Of a DNA stretch of 64,000 bases, positions 14,552-35,360 are shown in pieces. A program made the translations under genes and the position numbers. The DNA is taken from the NCBI RefSeq assembly GCF_009914755.1, contig NC_060947.1; one strand, given 5' to 3'. The notes under the pieces are model-generated. The model worked only from the letters and a program-made list of their open reading frames with translations. It did no database searches and was not told the DNA's origin. How positions within the stretch are numbered: position 1 is the first letter of the stretch; each line of letters opens with the position of its first letter. The stretch is from the human T2T-CHM13v2.0 reference genome, Homo sapiens.

Positions 14552-14593
<42 letters not shown>

Positions 14594-15356
14594 ATATATA
14601 TATATGCATATATATGTGTGTATATATATGCATATATATGTATATATATGTATATACATATATATGTATATATATGTATATACATATATATGTATATATA
14701 TGTATATATATGTATATACATATATATGTATATATATGTATATATATATGTATATACATATATATGTATATATATGTATATATATGTATATATATACACA
14801 TATACATATATATATACATATATATATAAAATATATATATTTTTTAATTTTCTCTTTTCTGATGTATTGAGATCTGGGGCCCTGCTGACCCTGGAGGGAC
14901 TGCTCATCCCAGGGTTAGCCATTTCCTAGAGCAAGAAAATAACTAATCTGACAGTGTGCTTTTCAAATACAAGTCAATCAATACAGAGGATACACGGTTA
15001 ACCACTTCCTTTTTTGGTCTTTTATCTCTGGGCCACTATCCCTCTGCCTTAATCACTGCCAATGCAAGGTATTCTTGAAATTATTAAAACCAGACACTTG
15101 TAAACCAGCTTAAATAGGCTCACCAATTTCTTCCCATAAGAACAACAACAGAGGTTCTTGACCACAATTCTCTCCTCTTCCTCTACCTTCTGGCAGACCC
15201 TAGTGCTTTTTTATTTGGCCTCCCGTGGCACGGTGTGCCCCTTCCTTGTGGGAACTGTAGCTAGTAAACTATCTTATTAATGGCAATCATCTCCTTGTAT
15301 GTTCGACTTACTCACTATACCTGAAATTTTCTATTAATACATTACATTTTAAAACA
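14538..15356 (+). mobile_element. MER74-like ERVL solo LTR with an expanded TA repeat near its 5' end
   Basis: tctgatgtattgagatctggggccctgctgaccctggagggactgc...agggttagccatttcctaga and the end attacattttaaaaca match the MER74 consensus as I recall it. Confidence 0.75.
14551..14840. repeat. Compound (TA)n/(TG)n/(TATATG)n microsatellite, ~290 bp
   Basis: Directly visible. It produces the spurious YIYI ORFs. Confidence 0.98.
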
Positions 15357-15535
15357 TAACATAGTACATCTGTTTTGTTATGTATATATGTATATTTCAG
15401 AAATACACTCACACATATATATGTGCATATATTCTTACCATTAATATATAATCTTAAAAGCAAGATATGCACACTCTCAGGATAAGAATTTTGAAAATGA
15501 GTATGCTAACATTAATGTAGTCCTGTTATCTAATT

Positions 15536-15747
15536 TAGGTGTTAGTAAACTAAAACCCGTGGGACAACTGCCTGTTTTTGTAAATAAAATTGTGTTGGAG
15601 CAATGCCAAGCCTACTGGCTTACCTCTTGTCTACAGCTGTTTTTGTTTTACAAGGACAGAGTTCAGTGGTTTCAACAGTGATCCCATGACCCAGAAAGTC
15701 TAAAATATTTACTCTCTGGCAATTTAAGAAGAAGTACTCCTACCCTG
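15536..15747 (+). mobile_element. MER58A hAT-Charlie DNA transposon fossil
   Basis: gcctgtttttgtaaataaaa...cagagttcagtgg...aaagtctaaaatatttactctctggc...ccctg, with degenerate terminal inverted repeats. Confidence 0.85.
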
Positions 15748-16854
15748 ATAATCTAAAATCCTCATTTGAATTTCACCATCTATCCCACTAATGTCATTTA
15801 AAGCCAAATAAATATATTCCTTTTTCTGGTCCAGGATCTGATACATTATCAGGTACCACATTTAGTTGTAATGTCTCTTTAGTCTCTCTTGATGTGGATT
15901 GGTTGTTTAACATTTGTTTTTTATTACTTTAATACTTAAAATATAAAGGCCAGTATTTTGTAGACTGTCCTTCAATTTGTGCTTTTTGCTGGTTTTTTTC
16001 CTATTAATTCACTCGATATTGTACAGTTTAGGAAGGATTAGCACACCATTGTTACTATGTTATTCTCAGTACGTCATAACAGGAAGCAAAGAATAACTAT
16101 TTGCACCATTAAATCTTGATATTAAATTTGATCGCTTGGCTAAGGTGATATCTGCTAGATTTGTCCACTGCCAAGTTACTGTGTTTTCCTTTGTAATTAA
16201 TAAATACTTTTAGGGAGATATAATGTGAGAATATGTAAATATCTCTAGTCTCACCATACTTTCACCCAATAATTCTAGTATTTATTGATGATTTTCATCA
16301 GAAATAAATAGCTTTATGGTGGTGGCCAACTTGTGATTTTTTTTCATATCAACATTTTCTTCTACATTTACTTGCAATTATATTGTAAAAATGACCTTTG
16401 ATGTTTCCAGTACTTATTTATTCATTTATCTATCTAAGTATGAATACACGGATATGTCCCTGATTTGGTAAGGGAAATCCTGTTCAAACTGTCTTCCGTG
16501 TTCTTTGTGTGTACTTATCAGTCTTTGAAACTTCCTTAATTAATGGCACAAAAATATATGTCTGGTTCATCTTGTATTTTCTCTGTACTAAACATAGAGT
16601 TAGCCATTTCTCCAAGGAGCTCTGGTTCCATTGAGTAGATAACAGTAAATGGAAGCCAAGATCTTTGTGCTAGATGTGCTTATTGCTGTTGAGGTGTCCA
16701 TGCTTCTACTTACTCCTCTCAGGGGGCAAGAATGCAAACATAGAAGATTATATATAATAATGTATAGATAGAGAAATATAGATACAGAAATAAAAATTAG
16801 ATAATTTTTACACACATACACACAAAAACACATAGAAGCGTGTGCATAATATCT

Positions 16855-16868
16855 ATAGATGATAGATT

Positions 16869-16924
<56 letters not shown>

Positions 16925-16958
16925 TAGATAGATAGATGATAGATAGAGATAGAGATAG
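16855..16958. repeat. (GATA)n tetranucleotide STR
   Basis: 14 perfect GATA units at 16869-16924 plus degenerate flanks. Confidence 0.98.
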
Positions 16959-17197
16959 AACATAAGCTACATGTTTGTTTGTTCATACTAACATCTATAA
17001 TTCTAGTCCAACACCACCGGGCTCATTTTCGCATTTCCTTTACCACATTTGTAATTCACTTCTCTAAGAATAGAAAATTTGGTTTCAATTATCAACAAAA
17101 TACAATTTCAATACACATTAAATAATTTTGAAATTTCTAACCCATAAATCTATACAGAACAAATCTATTACACGGAGCTCAATATTTGTACCATATA

Positions 17198-18385
17198 TTC
17201 TTATTGTGGTAAGTCCACTTAACATAAGAAGTTCCATTTAACAAATTTTTAATTGTACAATACAATACTGGTAACTACTGTTACTGGGTTGTACAGCAAA
17301 TCTCTAGGAGTTATTTATCCTGCATAACAAAAATTTTAAACCTGGTAAACAACAACCTCCCATTTTTAATGCCACTAGCCCCTTGAAATCACCATTCTAT
17401 TCTCTGCTTCTTTAATTTTTAATATTTCAGATATACAAGGACAGTCATGCAGTGTTTATCTTTCTCTAACTGGCTTATTTCCCTTAGCATAATATCCTTT
17501 ATGATTATCTATGTTGTTGTTTACGGCATGATACTCTCCTTTGTGAAGTCTGAATAACATTCTATTTTGTATATACCACATTTGTTTCACTATTCATCAG
17601 TCAATGGCTACTTGGATTGTTTCTATATGTTGGCTACCGTGAATGATGTTGTAATGAACATGGGAGTACAAATTTCTCTTCAGGATTTTGATTTCTATTT
17701 TGCGGGGTATATGCACAGCAGTGGAATTGCTGGGTCATATAGTAGTCCTATTTTTAATCTTTTGCAGAACCTCCATACTATTTTCCATAGCAGCTGCACC
17801 ATTTTACATTCCCACCAACAGAGTACAAGGGGTCCCATTATTTAACATTTTCTTCGTAACTTGTTATCTCCCGTCTTTTTCATAGTAGCCATCCTAACTA
17901 GTGTGAAGTGACATCTCACCATGGTTTGATTTGCATTTCTCAGGTTAGTGATGTGGAACACCTTTTCATATACTTGTTGGCTGCTTGTATGTATTCATTG
18001 GAGAAGTGTCTATTCAAGTCCTTTGATGATTTTTTAAATTGTGTTGTTTGATTTGTGCTATTGAGTTGCAGGAATTTGTTATATATTTTTATACTAACGC
18101 AGTAACAGATATAGCATTTATAAACATTTCTCCCTTTCAATAGGCTGTATTTTATTTTGTTGATTGTTTTCTCTGCTGTGTAGAGGCTCTCCAGTTTGAT
18201 GTAATACCACTTGTATCTTTTTGCTTTTGTTGCCTTTGATTTTAGTGACATATCAAAAAAATCATTGCCCAGGTTAATGTCAGCGAGTTTTTATCTATAC
18301 TCTTGTTTAAGAGTTGAACAGTTTCAGGTCTTATACTTAAATCTTTAATCTATTTTAAGTTGATTTATGTATATGGTATAAAATT
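17198..18385 (-). mobile_element. L1MA9/L1MB1-like 3' end
   Basis: tgtggtaagtccacttaacataag...gttgtacagcaaatctctagg 3'UTR motif. ORF 17940..18251(-) [26 protein letters not shown] is the ORF2 C-terminus. Confidence 0.8.
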
Positions 18386-20850
18386 AAAGAACCTACTCAC
18401 CAACGAGATATAATAATTATAAACACATACATACCAAACATCAGAGAACATAAATATATAAAGCATACAGTGAATAACTGAGAGGTAAAAATATACAGCA
18501 ATTTAATAATCATAGGAGATTTTAATACTGCACTTTTAACAATGCATAGGACATGCATACAGAAAATTGATGAGGAAATAACAAACTTGAACAACATTAT
18601 AAACAGATGAACTTAGATATACGCAGAACACTGCAACCAACAGTCCCAGAATACACACTCTTTTCTTCTTCTTCTTCTTTTTTTTTGTTTTTGTCTTCAA
18701 CTTTTATTTTAAGTTCACGTGTGCAGGATGTGCAGGTTTGTTACGTAGGTAAACGTGTGCCGTGGTGGTTTGCTGCACCGATCACCTCATAACCTAGGTA
18801 TTAAGCCCAGTGTCCATTAGCTATTCTTCCTGATGCTCTCCCTGACCCCACCGTCCTGACAGGCCACAGTGTGTGTTGTTCCCTCCATGTGTAAATGTGT
18901 TCTCATCATTCAGCTCCCCCTTGTAAGTGAGAACATGCGTTGTTTGGTTTTCTGTTTCTGCATTAGTTTGCTGAGCCTAATTGCTTCCAGCTCCACCCAT
19001 GTCCTTGCAAAGGACATGATCTTGTTCCTTTTTATGGCTGCATAGTATCCCATGGTGTATATGTACCACATTTTCTTTCTCCAGTCTACCACGGATGGGC
19101 ATTTAGGTAGATTCCATATCTTTGCTATTTTGAATAGAGCTGTAATGAACTCACACATTGCATGTATCTTTATAATAAAATTATTTATATTCCTTTGGGT
19201 ATATACTCAGTAATGGGATTGCTGGGTCAAATGGTATTTCTCCCTGGAGGTCTTTTGAGGAATCGCCATGCTGTCTTCCACGATGGTTGAACTACTTTAC
19301 GCTCCTACCAACAGTGTAAAAGCGTTCCTTTTTCTCTGCAACCTTGACAGCATCTGTTGTTTCTTGACTTTTTAATAATAGCCATTCTGACTGGTGTGAC
19401 GTGCTATCTCATTGTGGTTTTTATTTGCATTTCTCTGATGATCAGTGATGTTCAGCATTTTTTCATATGTTTGTTGGCTGCATGTATGTCTTCTTTTGAG
19501 AAGTGTCTGTTCATGTCCTTTGCCCACGTTTTAATGGTTATATCTTTTCTTGTAAATTTGCTTACGTTCCTTGCAGACTCTGGATGTTAGACCGTTGCTA
19601 GATGGATAGATTGAAAAAGCATTTCTCCCATCCTGTAGGTTGTCTGTTCACTCTGATGATAGTTTCTTTTGCTGTGCAGAAGCTCTTTAGTTTATTTAGA
19701 TCCCATTTGTCAGTTTTTGCTTTTGTTGCAATTGCTTTGGGTGTTTTCATCATTAAATCTTTGCCCATGCCTATGTCCTGGATGGTATTATCTAGATTTT
19801 CTTCTAGGGTTTTTATAGTTCTGGGTTTTACGTTTAAGTCTTTAATCCGTCTTGAGTTAATTTTTGCATATGGTGTGGGGAAGGGGTCCAGTTTCAGTTT
19901 TCTGCCTATGGCTAGCCAGTTCTTTCAGCATCATTTATTAAATAAGGAATTCTTTCCCCATTGCTAATTTTTGTCAGGTTTGTCGAAGATCAGTTGGTTG
20001 TAGGTGTGTGGTCTTATTTCTGCATTCTCTATTCTGTTCCATTGGTCTGTGTGTCTGTCCTTGTACCAGTACCATGTGGTTTTGTTTACTGCAGTCTTGT
20101 AGTATAGTTTAAAGTCAGGTAGCAGCTTTGGTCTTTTTGCTTAGGATTGTCTTGGCTATTCGGGCTCTTTTTTGGTTCCCTATGAATTTTAAAGTCGTTT
20201 TTTTTTTTTTTTCTCTATTTCTGTGAAGTCTGTCAATGGTAGTTTAATGGAAATAGCATTGAATCTAGAAATTACTTTGGGCAGTATGGCCGTTTTTATG
20301 ATATTGATTCTTCCTGGCCATGAGCATGGAATGCTTTTCTATTTTTTTTGTGTTCTCTCTGATTCCTTTGAGAAGTGGTTTGTGGTTCTCCTTAAAGAGG
20401 TCCTTCATTTCCCTTGTTAGCTGTGTTTCTAGGTATTTCCGTCTTTGTGTAGAAATTGTGAATGGGAGTTCAATCATGATTTGGCTCCCTGCTTGCCTAT
20501 TGTTGGTGTATAGGAATGCTAGCCATTTTTGCATATCCATTTTGCAGAATAGACATCCTTTTCAAGCACACCTGGAACATTCTCCAGGACAAGTTACATG
20601 TTACACCACAAACCAAGTCTTAACAAATTTAAGAAGATTGAAATAATAGCAAACCTCTTTTTCAATCAGAATAAGATGGATCTAGAAATTAATAACAACA
20701 GGACAATTGGAAAATACACAAATATGTGGAAACAAAACAACACACACATGAATAAGCAATGGATCAAAAAAGGGAAATCATGAAATATCTTGAGACAAAT
20801 GAAACTGAAAACACGATATAGCAACACATAAGGGATACCGTGAAGGCAGT
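18386..20850 (+). mobile_element. Plus-strand old L1 ORF2 endonuclease fragment (18386-18665 and 20545-20850), split by an L1PA insertion
   Basis: ataatcataggagattttaatact (IIGDFNT motif). ORF 20598..20783(+) HKPSLNKFKKIEII is ORF2 EN. Confidence 0.85.
18666..20544 (-). mobile_element. 5'-truncated L1PA10/11-like element
   Basis: 3' end ttcaacttttattttaagttca...cctaggtattaagcccag...tattcttcctgatgctctc. Imperfect TSD cagaatacacactcttttc / cagaatagacatccttttc. Confidence 0.85.
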
Positions 20851-21688
20851 TTCTTTTCCGAATTTCAACTTTTGTTTAAGATACAGGGAGATACAGGGGT
20901 TACATGTGTAGGATTGTTACATGGCAATTTTGGACCCAGGTAGTGAGCCTAACGTTCAATAAGTAGTTTTTCAACCAACATTCCATTCCCTACCACCTAC
21001 CTCTAGGAGTCCACAGTGTCTATATTTCTCGTGTTCATGTTCATGTTCCCATGCTCAGTGTTAAGCTCCCACTTATCCATGAAAACATGTGGAATTTTGT
21101 TGTTTCTTCTTGTGTTAACTCCCTTATGATTATGGCCTCCCCCTGCATCCATGTTGCTGCTAAAAAGAAAAAGAAAAAAGATTTTATTACATTTTTATGG
21201 CTGCATAGTATTCCATGGTATATATATGTACCACATTTTCCTTATCCAATCTACCGTTGATTGTCATCTGGGTTGATTCCATGTCTTTGCTACTGTGAAT
21301 AGCACAGCAATGAACATAAGAGTGCATATGCCTTTCTGGTAGAATGATTTATTTTCCTTTGGGTACATAGCCAGTAATTGAACTGCTGCATCAAAGGGTA
21401 ACTCCGTATTGAGATGTTTGAGAAATCTCCAGAGTGTTTTCCACAGTGGCTCTACTAACTTACATTTCCACCAGGAATGCATAAGTGTTCCCTTTTCTCT
21501 GCAGCCTCACCAGCATCTATTGTTTTTTGACTTTTTAATACCCATTCAGACTCGTGTGAGATGTTGTCTCAATTTGGTTTTCATTTGCATTTCTCTGATG
21601 ATTAGTGATGCTGAGCATTTTCCATGAGTTTTTGTTGCTTATATGTCTTCTTCTGAGAAGTGTCTGTTCAATGTCATTGCCAATTTTT

Positions 21689-22130
21689 TTTTATTATACT
21701 TTAAGTTCTAGGGTACACGTGCACAACGTGGAGGTTTGTTACATATGTATACATATGCCATGTTGGTGTGCTGCACCCATTAACTCGTTATTTACATTAG
21801 GTATATCTCCTAATGCTATCCCTCTCCCCTCCCCCCACCCCACAACAGGCCCCGGTGTGTGATGTTCCCCTTCCTGTGTCCAAGTGTTCTCATTGTTCAA
21901 TTCCCACCTATGAGTGAGAACATGTGGTGTTTAGTTTTCTGTCCTTGTGATAGTTTGCTGAGAATGATGGTTTCCAGCTTCATCCATGTCCCTACAAAGG
22001 ACATGAACTCATCCTTTTTTATGGCTGCATAGAATTCCATGGTGTATATGTGCCACATTTTCTTAATCCAGTCTATCATTGATGGACATTTGGGTTGGTT
22101 CCAAGTCTTTGCTATTGTGAATAGTGTCGC
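21689..22130 (-). mobile_element. Short 5'-truncated L1PA5
   Basis: Diagnostics gttctaggg, tttacattagg and tgtccaagtg. Perfect 17-bp TSD tgtcattgccaattttt (21672-21688 and 22131-22147). Confidence 0.92.
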
Positions 22131-24049
22131 TGTCATTGCCAATTTTTAATGGAGTTATTTGTTTCTTCTTAATGATTTTTTTAAAGTTCTCTATAGATTC
22201 TAGATATTAGGCCATCGTAGAATGCATAGTTTGTGGATGTTTTCTCCCATTCTGTATGTTGTCTGTTTACTGTGTTGATAGTTTCTTTTGCTGTGTATAA
22301 GCTCTTTATTTTAATTAGGTCTCATATATCTGTTTCTGTTATTGTTGCAACTGCTTTTGGGGACTTGGCCAAAAATTCTTTGCCAAAGCCAATGTCAAGA
22401 AGAGTATTGCCTGGGTTGTCTCCTAGGACTTCTGTAGTTTGAGGTCCTACATTTAAATCTTTAACTCATCTTGAGTTAACTTTTGTATATGGTGAAAAGC
22501 AAGGGTCCAGCTTTACCTGCCTGTGGCTAGTCAGTTATCTCAGCACCATTTCCTGAATAAAGAGTCGTTTTCCCATTGCTTGTTTTTATCATCCTTCTTG
22601 AAGATCACACGGCAGTAGGTGTTTCATTTTATTTCTAAATTTTCTGTTCTTTTCTTTCCATTAGTCTATGTGTCTGATTTTGTACCAGAACCATGCTGTT
22701 TACATTACTGTAACTTTGTAGTATCATTTGAGGTCAGGTAGTGTGATGCATCCGGCTTTGTTCTTTTGCTTAAGATGTCTTTGGCTATTTAAGGTCTTTT
22801 TTGGTTCTGTCTGAATGTTAGAAAAAGTTTTTCTAATTCTGTGGAGAATGACATTGGTCATTTGATAGAAATAGCATTGAATTTGTAAATTACTCTGTGT
22901 CATGTTGACATTTTAATGATATTGATTCTTCCAGTCCATGAGCATATATTTTTGTTTTGTTTTGTTTCTGTCATCTCTGATTTTTTAAAATAGTGTTTTG
23001 TAGTTATTCTTATGGTAATCTTTCACCTTCTTGGTTAACTGTATTCCTAGGTACTCTGTTTTCTCTGAGCCTACTATAAGGGAACTTCCGTTTTTGATTT
23101 CACTCTCAGCCTACGTGTTGTTGGTAAAAATGCTACTGATATTTTTGTACATTGGTTTTGTATCCTGAATCTTTACAGAAGTAGCTGATCAGTTCTAGGA
23201 ACCTTTTGGCATAGCCTTTAGGATTTTCTACGTATGGAATCATATTGTCAGGGAAGAGAGATGGTTGGACTTTTTCTTTTCCTATTTGGATGCCTTTTAT
23301 TTCTTTCTCTTTTCTGATTGCTCTGGCTAGGGCTTCCAGTACTGAATAGGAGTAGTGTGAGTAGATATCTTTGTCTTGTTCCACTTCTCAAGGAGAATTG
23401 TTCCAGCCTTTTCTCACTCATATAATGTTGGCTATGGGTTTGTCAGAGACAGCTTTTATTATTTTGAGGTATATTCCCTTGATGCCTAGTCTGTTGAGGT
23501 TTTTTTTTTTTTATCATGAACAGATATTGAATTTTATTGAAAGCTTTTACTGCATCTATTTCAATGATCACATTGTCTTTGCTTTAAATTCTGTTTATGT
23601 GCTAAAGCACATTTATAATTTGCATAAGTTGAATCATCCTTTCATCCCAGGAATAATGCTTACTTGATTATGGTGTACTAACTTTTTGAGGTGTTGCTCT
23701 GCTGCTGGATTTGGTTTGGTATTATTTTGTTGAGCATTTTTACATCTATGTTCACAATGAATATTGGTCTGAGATTTCTTTTGTGTGTGTGCGTGTCTCT
23801 GTCAGATTATGATACAGGTCTGATGCTCATTTCATAGAATAAGTTAAAAAGGAGCCCTTCTTTCTCAAATTTTTGAGATAGTTTCAGCAGGGTTAGTACC
23901 AGTTCTTCTTCGCATGTCTGGTATCCCTCTTTTTCTTTGTTAACCTAAGAAAGGGTCTATCAATCGTATCTATTTTTCTGAAGATCCAATTCTTGGTTTC
24001 ACTGATAGTTTGTATAGATTTTTGCAATTCAAATTTATTAAGTTATTCT

Positions 24050-26364
<2,315 letters not shown>

Positions 26365-28380
26365 TTAATTTTCTGCTGGATTTTGGGTTGGTTTGTTCTT
26401 TCCTTTCTAGTTCCTTTATGTGAAAAGTTAGATTGATAACTTGAAACATTTCTAACATTTTGATGAAGACGTTTAGATCTATACATTTTGCTCTTAACAA
26501 ACACTGATTTGGCTGCATCCCAGAGATTTCAATAAGTTGTGTTCCTGTTTTTATTAATTTAATTTTTGTTAAATTTCTGCCATAATTTTGATGCTGTTCA
26601 AGAGTAAGTTGTTTTATTTTCAGGTGTGCATGTAGTTTTGAGAGGTCTTCTTGACTTTGATTTCTATTTTTATTGCACTGTGGTCTGAAAGTATGCTTGG
26701 TATGATTTCAAAATTTTTGAATTTATTGAGGCTTTCTTTATGACTGAACATGTGGTCAATCTTAGAAAGTATTTTATGTGCAGATGGGAAGAATGTATTT
26801 TTTTTTTTATTGTTGGATGAATGTTCTGCAGATGTCTATTAGGTCAATTAGTCAGGTGACTGGTTCAAGTCCAGAGTTTACCATTTCCTACCTTGATGAT
26901 ATGCCTACTGCTGTCAGTGGGATGTTGAAGTCCTTCACTACTATTGTGTGGTTGTATAAGTCTTTTTGTAGGCCAAGAAGAACTTGTTATATGAAACTGC
27001 GTGCTCTAATGTTGGGTATGTATATATTTAGGATGATAGTTGAAGCTTCTTGTTGGATTGTAGTCTTTATCATTATGTAATGTCCTTCTTTACTCTTCTT
27101 ATCTTTTATTGGTTTAAAGTCTGTTTTATCTGATATAAGAACAGCGACTCCTGCTCTTTTAATTTTGCATTTGCATGGCAGATATTACTCTCCCTTTTTA
27201 CATTGAGCCTTTACGTGTTTCTACATGTGAGATAGGTCTCACGAGGACAACAAATGATTGAGTTTTGTTTTTTTTTTTTAATCCAGCCTTCCATGCTGTG
27301 TCTTTTAAGTGGGATATCTGGCCCTTTTACATTCAAGGTTACTGTTGATATATGTGATTTTGATCATCTCGTCATTTTCTTAGCTGGCCGTTATGTAGAC
27401 TTGATGACGTAGTTGCTTTACAGTGTCTGTGTGCTATGTGCTGAAGTGTGCTTTTGTGGTAACAGGTATTGTTCTTTCGAATCCACGTTTTGCACTCCCT
27501 TAAGGGCCTCTTGTAATGCTGATCTGGTTGAAATGTATTCCCCCAACATTTGCTTGAATGAAAAGGATTTTATTTCTCCTTCACTTAGGAAGTGTAGTTT
27601 GACAAAATATAAAATCATTGGTTGATTTTTTTTTTCCTTGGAGATGTTCAAAATATGCGCCCAATCTCTTCTGTATTGCAAGGTTTCTACTGAGAGGTCT
27701 ACTGCTAGCCTGATGGGGTTCCCTCTGTAGGTGACCAGCCCCTTCTCTCTAGCTGCCTTTAATTTTTTTCTTTGGCATTGACCTTGGTGAACCTGATTAC
27801 CATGTGCCTTGGGGATGGTTGTCTTGTATAGTATCTGCCTGGAGTTCTCTGTATTTCTTGGATTTGCATGTAAACCTCTCTAGTGAGAGGAAGATAATTT
27901 TCATAGACTATAACTTCAAATATATTTTCCAAGATGTTTATTCTCTCTCCTATCTCAGGGATGCTGATTAATCATCGATTGAGTCTCTTCACATAATTCC
28001 ATATTTCTCAGAGGTTTTGTTCATTTTTGTTAGTTTTTTTCTCTTTAATTATTTATTTGTTTTTGACTAAGTTGATTTGAAGAACTGGTTTTCAAGCTCT
28101 GAGATTTCTTTCTCAGCTTGGTTTATTCTGGTATTAATACTTCTGATTGTGTTATAAAATTCTTGCAGTGAATCCTTTCAACTCAAGAAGTCTAGCCTGG
28201 GATTGGCTTAAAATGGCTATTTTGTCTTTCAGCTCTTGAATCATTTCACTGGATTACTTGGTTTTCTTAGATTGGGTTTCAGCTTTATACTGAATCTTGA
28301 AGAGCGGCCTTGCCATCCAGATAATTCCATGTCTGTCATTTCATTTATTTCAGACTGGTTAAGAGCCATTACTGGTCTCA

Positions 28381-30238
<1,858 letters not shown>

Positions 30239-30916
30239 TCAGAGTTCTTGCATTTATTCTTCCTCATCTTGGGAGGCTCATATTTTTAACTGTGATGTAA
30301 ATTGAGTATGGCTAGTTGGCTTTGTTTCTGGAAGTTTTCAGAGGACCAAGTCTCTGCACGGGGTGTTCGTTGTTGAATTCTTGCCCCTTCGGTTTCACAG
30401 CGAGTAGTTTTTTGCTCTTGTAGTTTTGTCTGTGTTCCAGTAGATGGCGCTTGAGAGCAATGGGCGGTAGGTAGGCTGTTAGTTGCGTGGTTTCTTTGTG
30501 CATCCTTGTGCTTGCAGTTCTGTTGTGAGGTGCGAGGGGAAGATAGTTAACCCTCTCGCCAGACCTGCTCCTGGGCCTTTCAGGAGCCACCTACAATCAC
30601 TGGCACTGTGCCCACAATTTTGTTGTTATTGATGTTGTTGTCGGGTCTTTTGGGCCATGGGGGGGGGGGCTCCTTTAAGGGGAAGTCCCCTTTCCCAGGC
30701 ACTGTCCGGGGCTGGGAACCAGACTTGGTGTTCAGGTACTCCGTGCCGTGTTCCCAGTTTCCTCCCTTTACAGCCTCAGCATCTGCTTCTCTTCTCCGTC
30801 CACATTTGGCATTTTCTGTCCAAAGATCTGTTCAATTTATGTTGGTGTAGTTGAAATCATATTTTCTTTCCGTGGGAGCAGGACTTCTCAGCTGCATCTA
30901 GTCAGGCTGCTTGCTC

Positions 30917-33820
<2,904 letters not shown>

Positions 33821-34710
33821 TACACAGTCTTAATAAACTATTTTATTACCCTAGGCAATTGTCTGCTAGATAGTCCTAAGCTTGCATATTAAAGGAAATC
33901 TTACGTTAAAAAAAATATGGTAATGACATTTACATCTCATAGTACAGAGAGAAGTAGTCTGGTGCTAGAGGGAGATTAAAAATGGATGCCAAATAAAAAT
34001 TATAGAAATCCGTCATAGGACTGTAAGGGGAGACCGGTTGTATTTAGATAGAGACTACCTATCTTTTAACTGTATCTCTGAGCTCTGGATAGGGCCCATA
34101 CTGAATCCTGGGTCTCCAGACAGGGAGAATTATTATGAGGCTAGACCACATGATGCTTTTACAGTGCACTTTTAAAAACATTAACAAAGACCGTTCTAAA
34201 TGTCTAAACTATCCTCTTTCTTAAGTACCCAAGAATAGCCTCCGTTACAATAACTATTTTAGTCAAAAAATCTGGTAACACAATGCAAAAGCAAGTACTT
34301 TATGATCTGAGACAAACTTTTCTCTTTACCCACTCTCGGGGTTCCATAAAGAAAAACAAGTTTCTCCCCAGAAAAGAGTCTGGTGCTTTGTCTGTTTTCT
34401 TCAGTGAATCCTGGGCTATTATAAGCTGTTTTAGGCCCCTCATGCAGCAGACGGAGGCAAGAGAAAGCAGAGACAGCAGAACTAAATGAAGACAATGAAA
34501 TTCAATAAACTGAGAAAAAAATAATAAACTTCTGCTCAGAGGAGACAAGGTCTTAGGAGAGAAAAAAAACCATAAAGTCTTTTAATGCAAACATACACAC
34601 ACGTGCACATGTACACACACACACACACATGCACACATCTTGGATGTTAGCTTTTAATTAAGCTGACTTTTAACCATTGAGCTCCTTAAAATAATATTTT
34701 TAAATCTCAT

Positions 34711-35340
34711 TGTTACTGTAAAGGAGTCCAGATCCAGACCCCAAGAAAGGGTTCTTGGATCTCATGCAAGAAATAATTTGAGGTGAATCCATAAAGTGAA
34801 AGCAAGTTTATTAATAAAGTTAACTAATGAAAGAATGTCTACTCCATAGGAAGAGTAGTGGCTTGGCCTGCTTCACTAAGGATACTTCCAGTTATTTCTT
34901 GATTATATGCTAAATAAGGGGTGGATTATTCATGAGTTTTCCAGAAAAGGGGTGGGCAATTCCCAGAACTGAGGGTTCCTACCATTTTTAAACCATATAG
35001 GGTAACTTCTTGATGTTGCCAAGGCATTTGTACATTGTCATTGCACTGGTGGGAGTGTCTTTTAACATGCTAATGCATTATAATTAGCATATAATGAGCA
35101 GTGAGGACAACCAGAGGACACTTTTGTTGGCATCTTGGTTTTGGTGTGTTTTGGCCAGCTTCTTTATCACAAACAGTTTTATCAGCCAAATCTTTATAAT
35201 CTGTATCTTGTGGAGACTTCTTATCTCATCCTGTGAATTAGAATGCCTAACCTCCTGGGAATGCATCCCAGTAGGTCTCAGTCTTATTTTACACAGGGAC
35301 TATTCAAGATGGAGTTTCTCTGGTTCAAATGCCTCTGACA
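34711..35340 (-). mobile_element. MER41B 3' LTR
   Basis: Reverse complement runs tgtcagaggcatttgaaccagag...gggtctggatctggactcctttacagtaaca. Confidence 0.93.
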
Positions 35341-35360
35341 TATTTACCCCCTCCCTTTTA

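Larger units (their letters stand above)
15450..17190 (-). mobile_element. Ancient L1MC4/L1MC5-like 3'UTR
   Basis: ttttctggtccaggatctga...catttagttgtaatgtctctttagtctc and tagccatttctccaaggagctctggttcc are L1MC4-type 3'UTR blocks. Confidence 0.75.

Noticed and set aside
14435-14929. Overlapping Tyr/Ile-rich ORFs
   Set aside because: Translation of a TA microsatellite that lacks stop codons.
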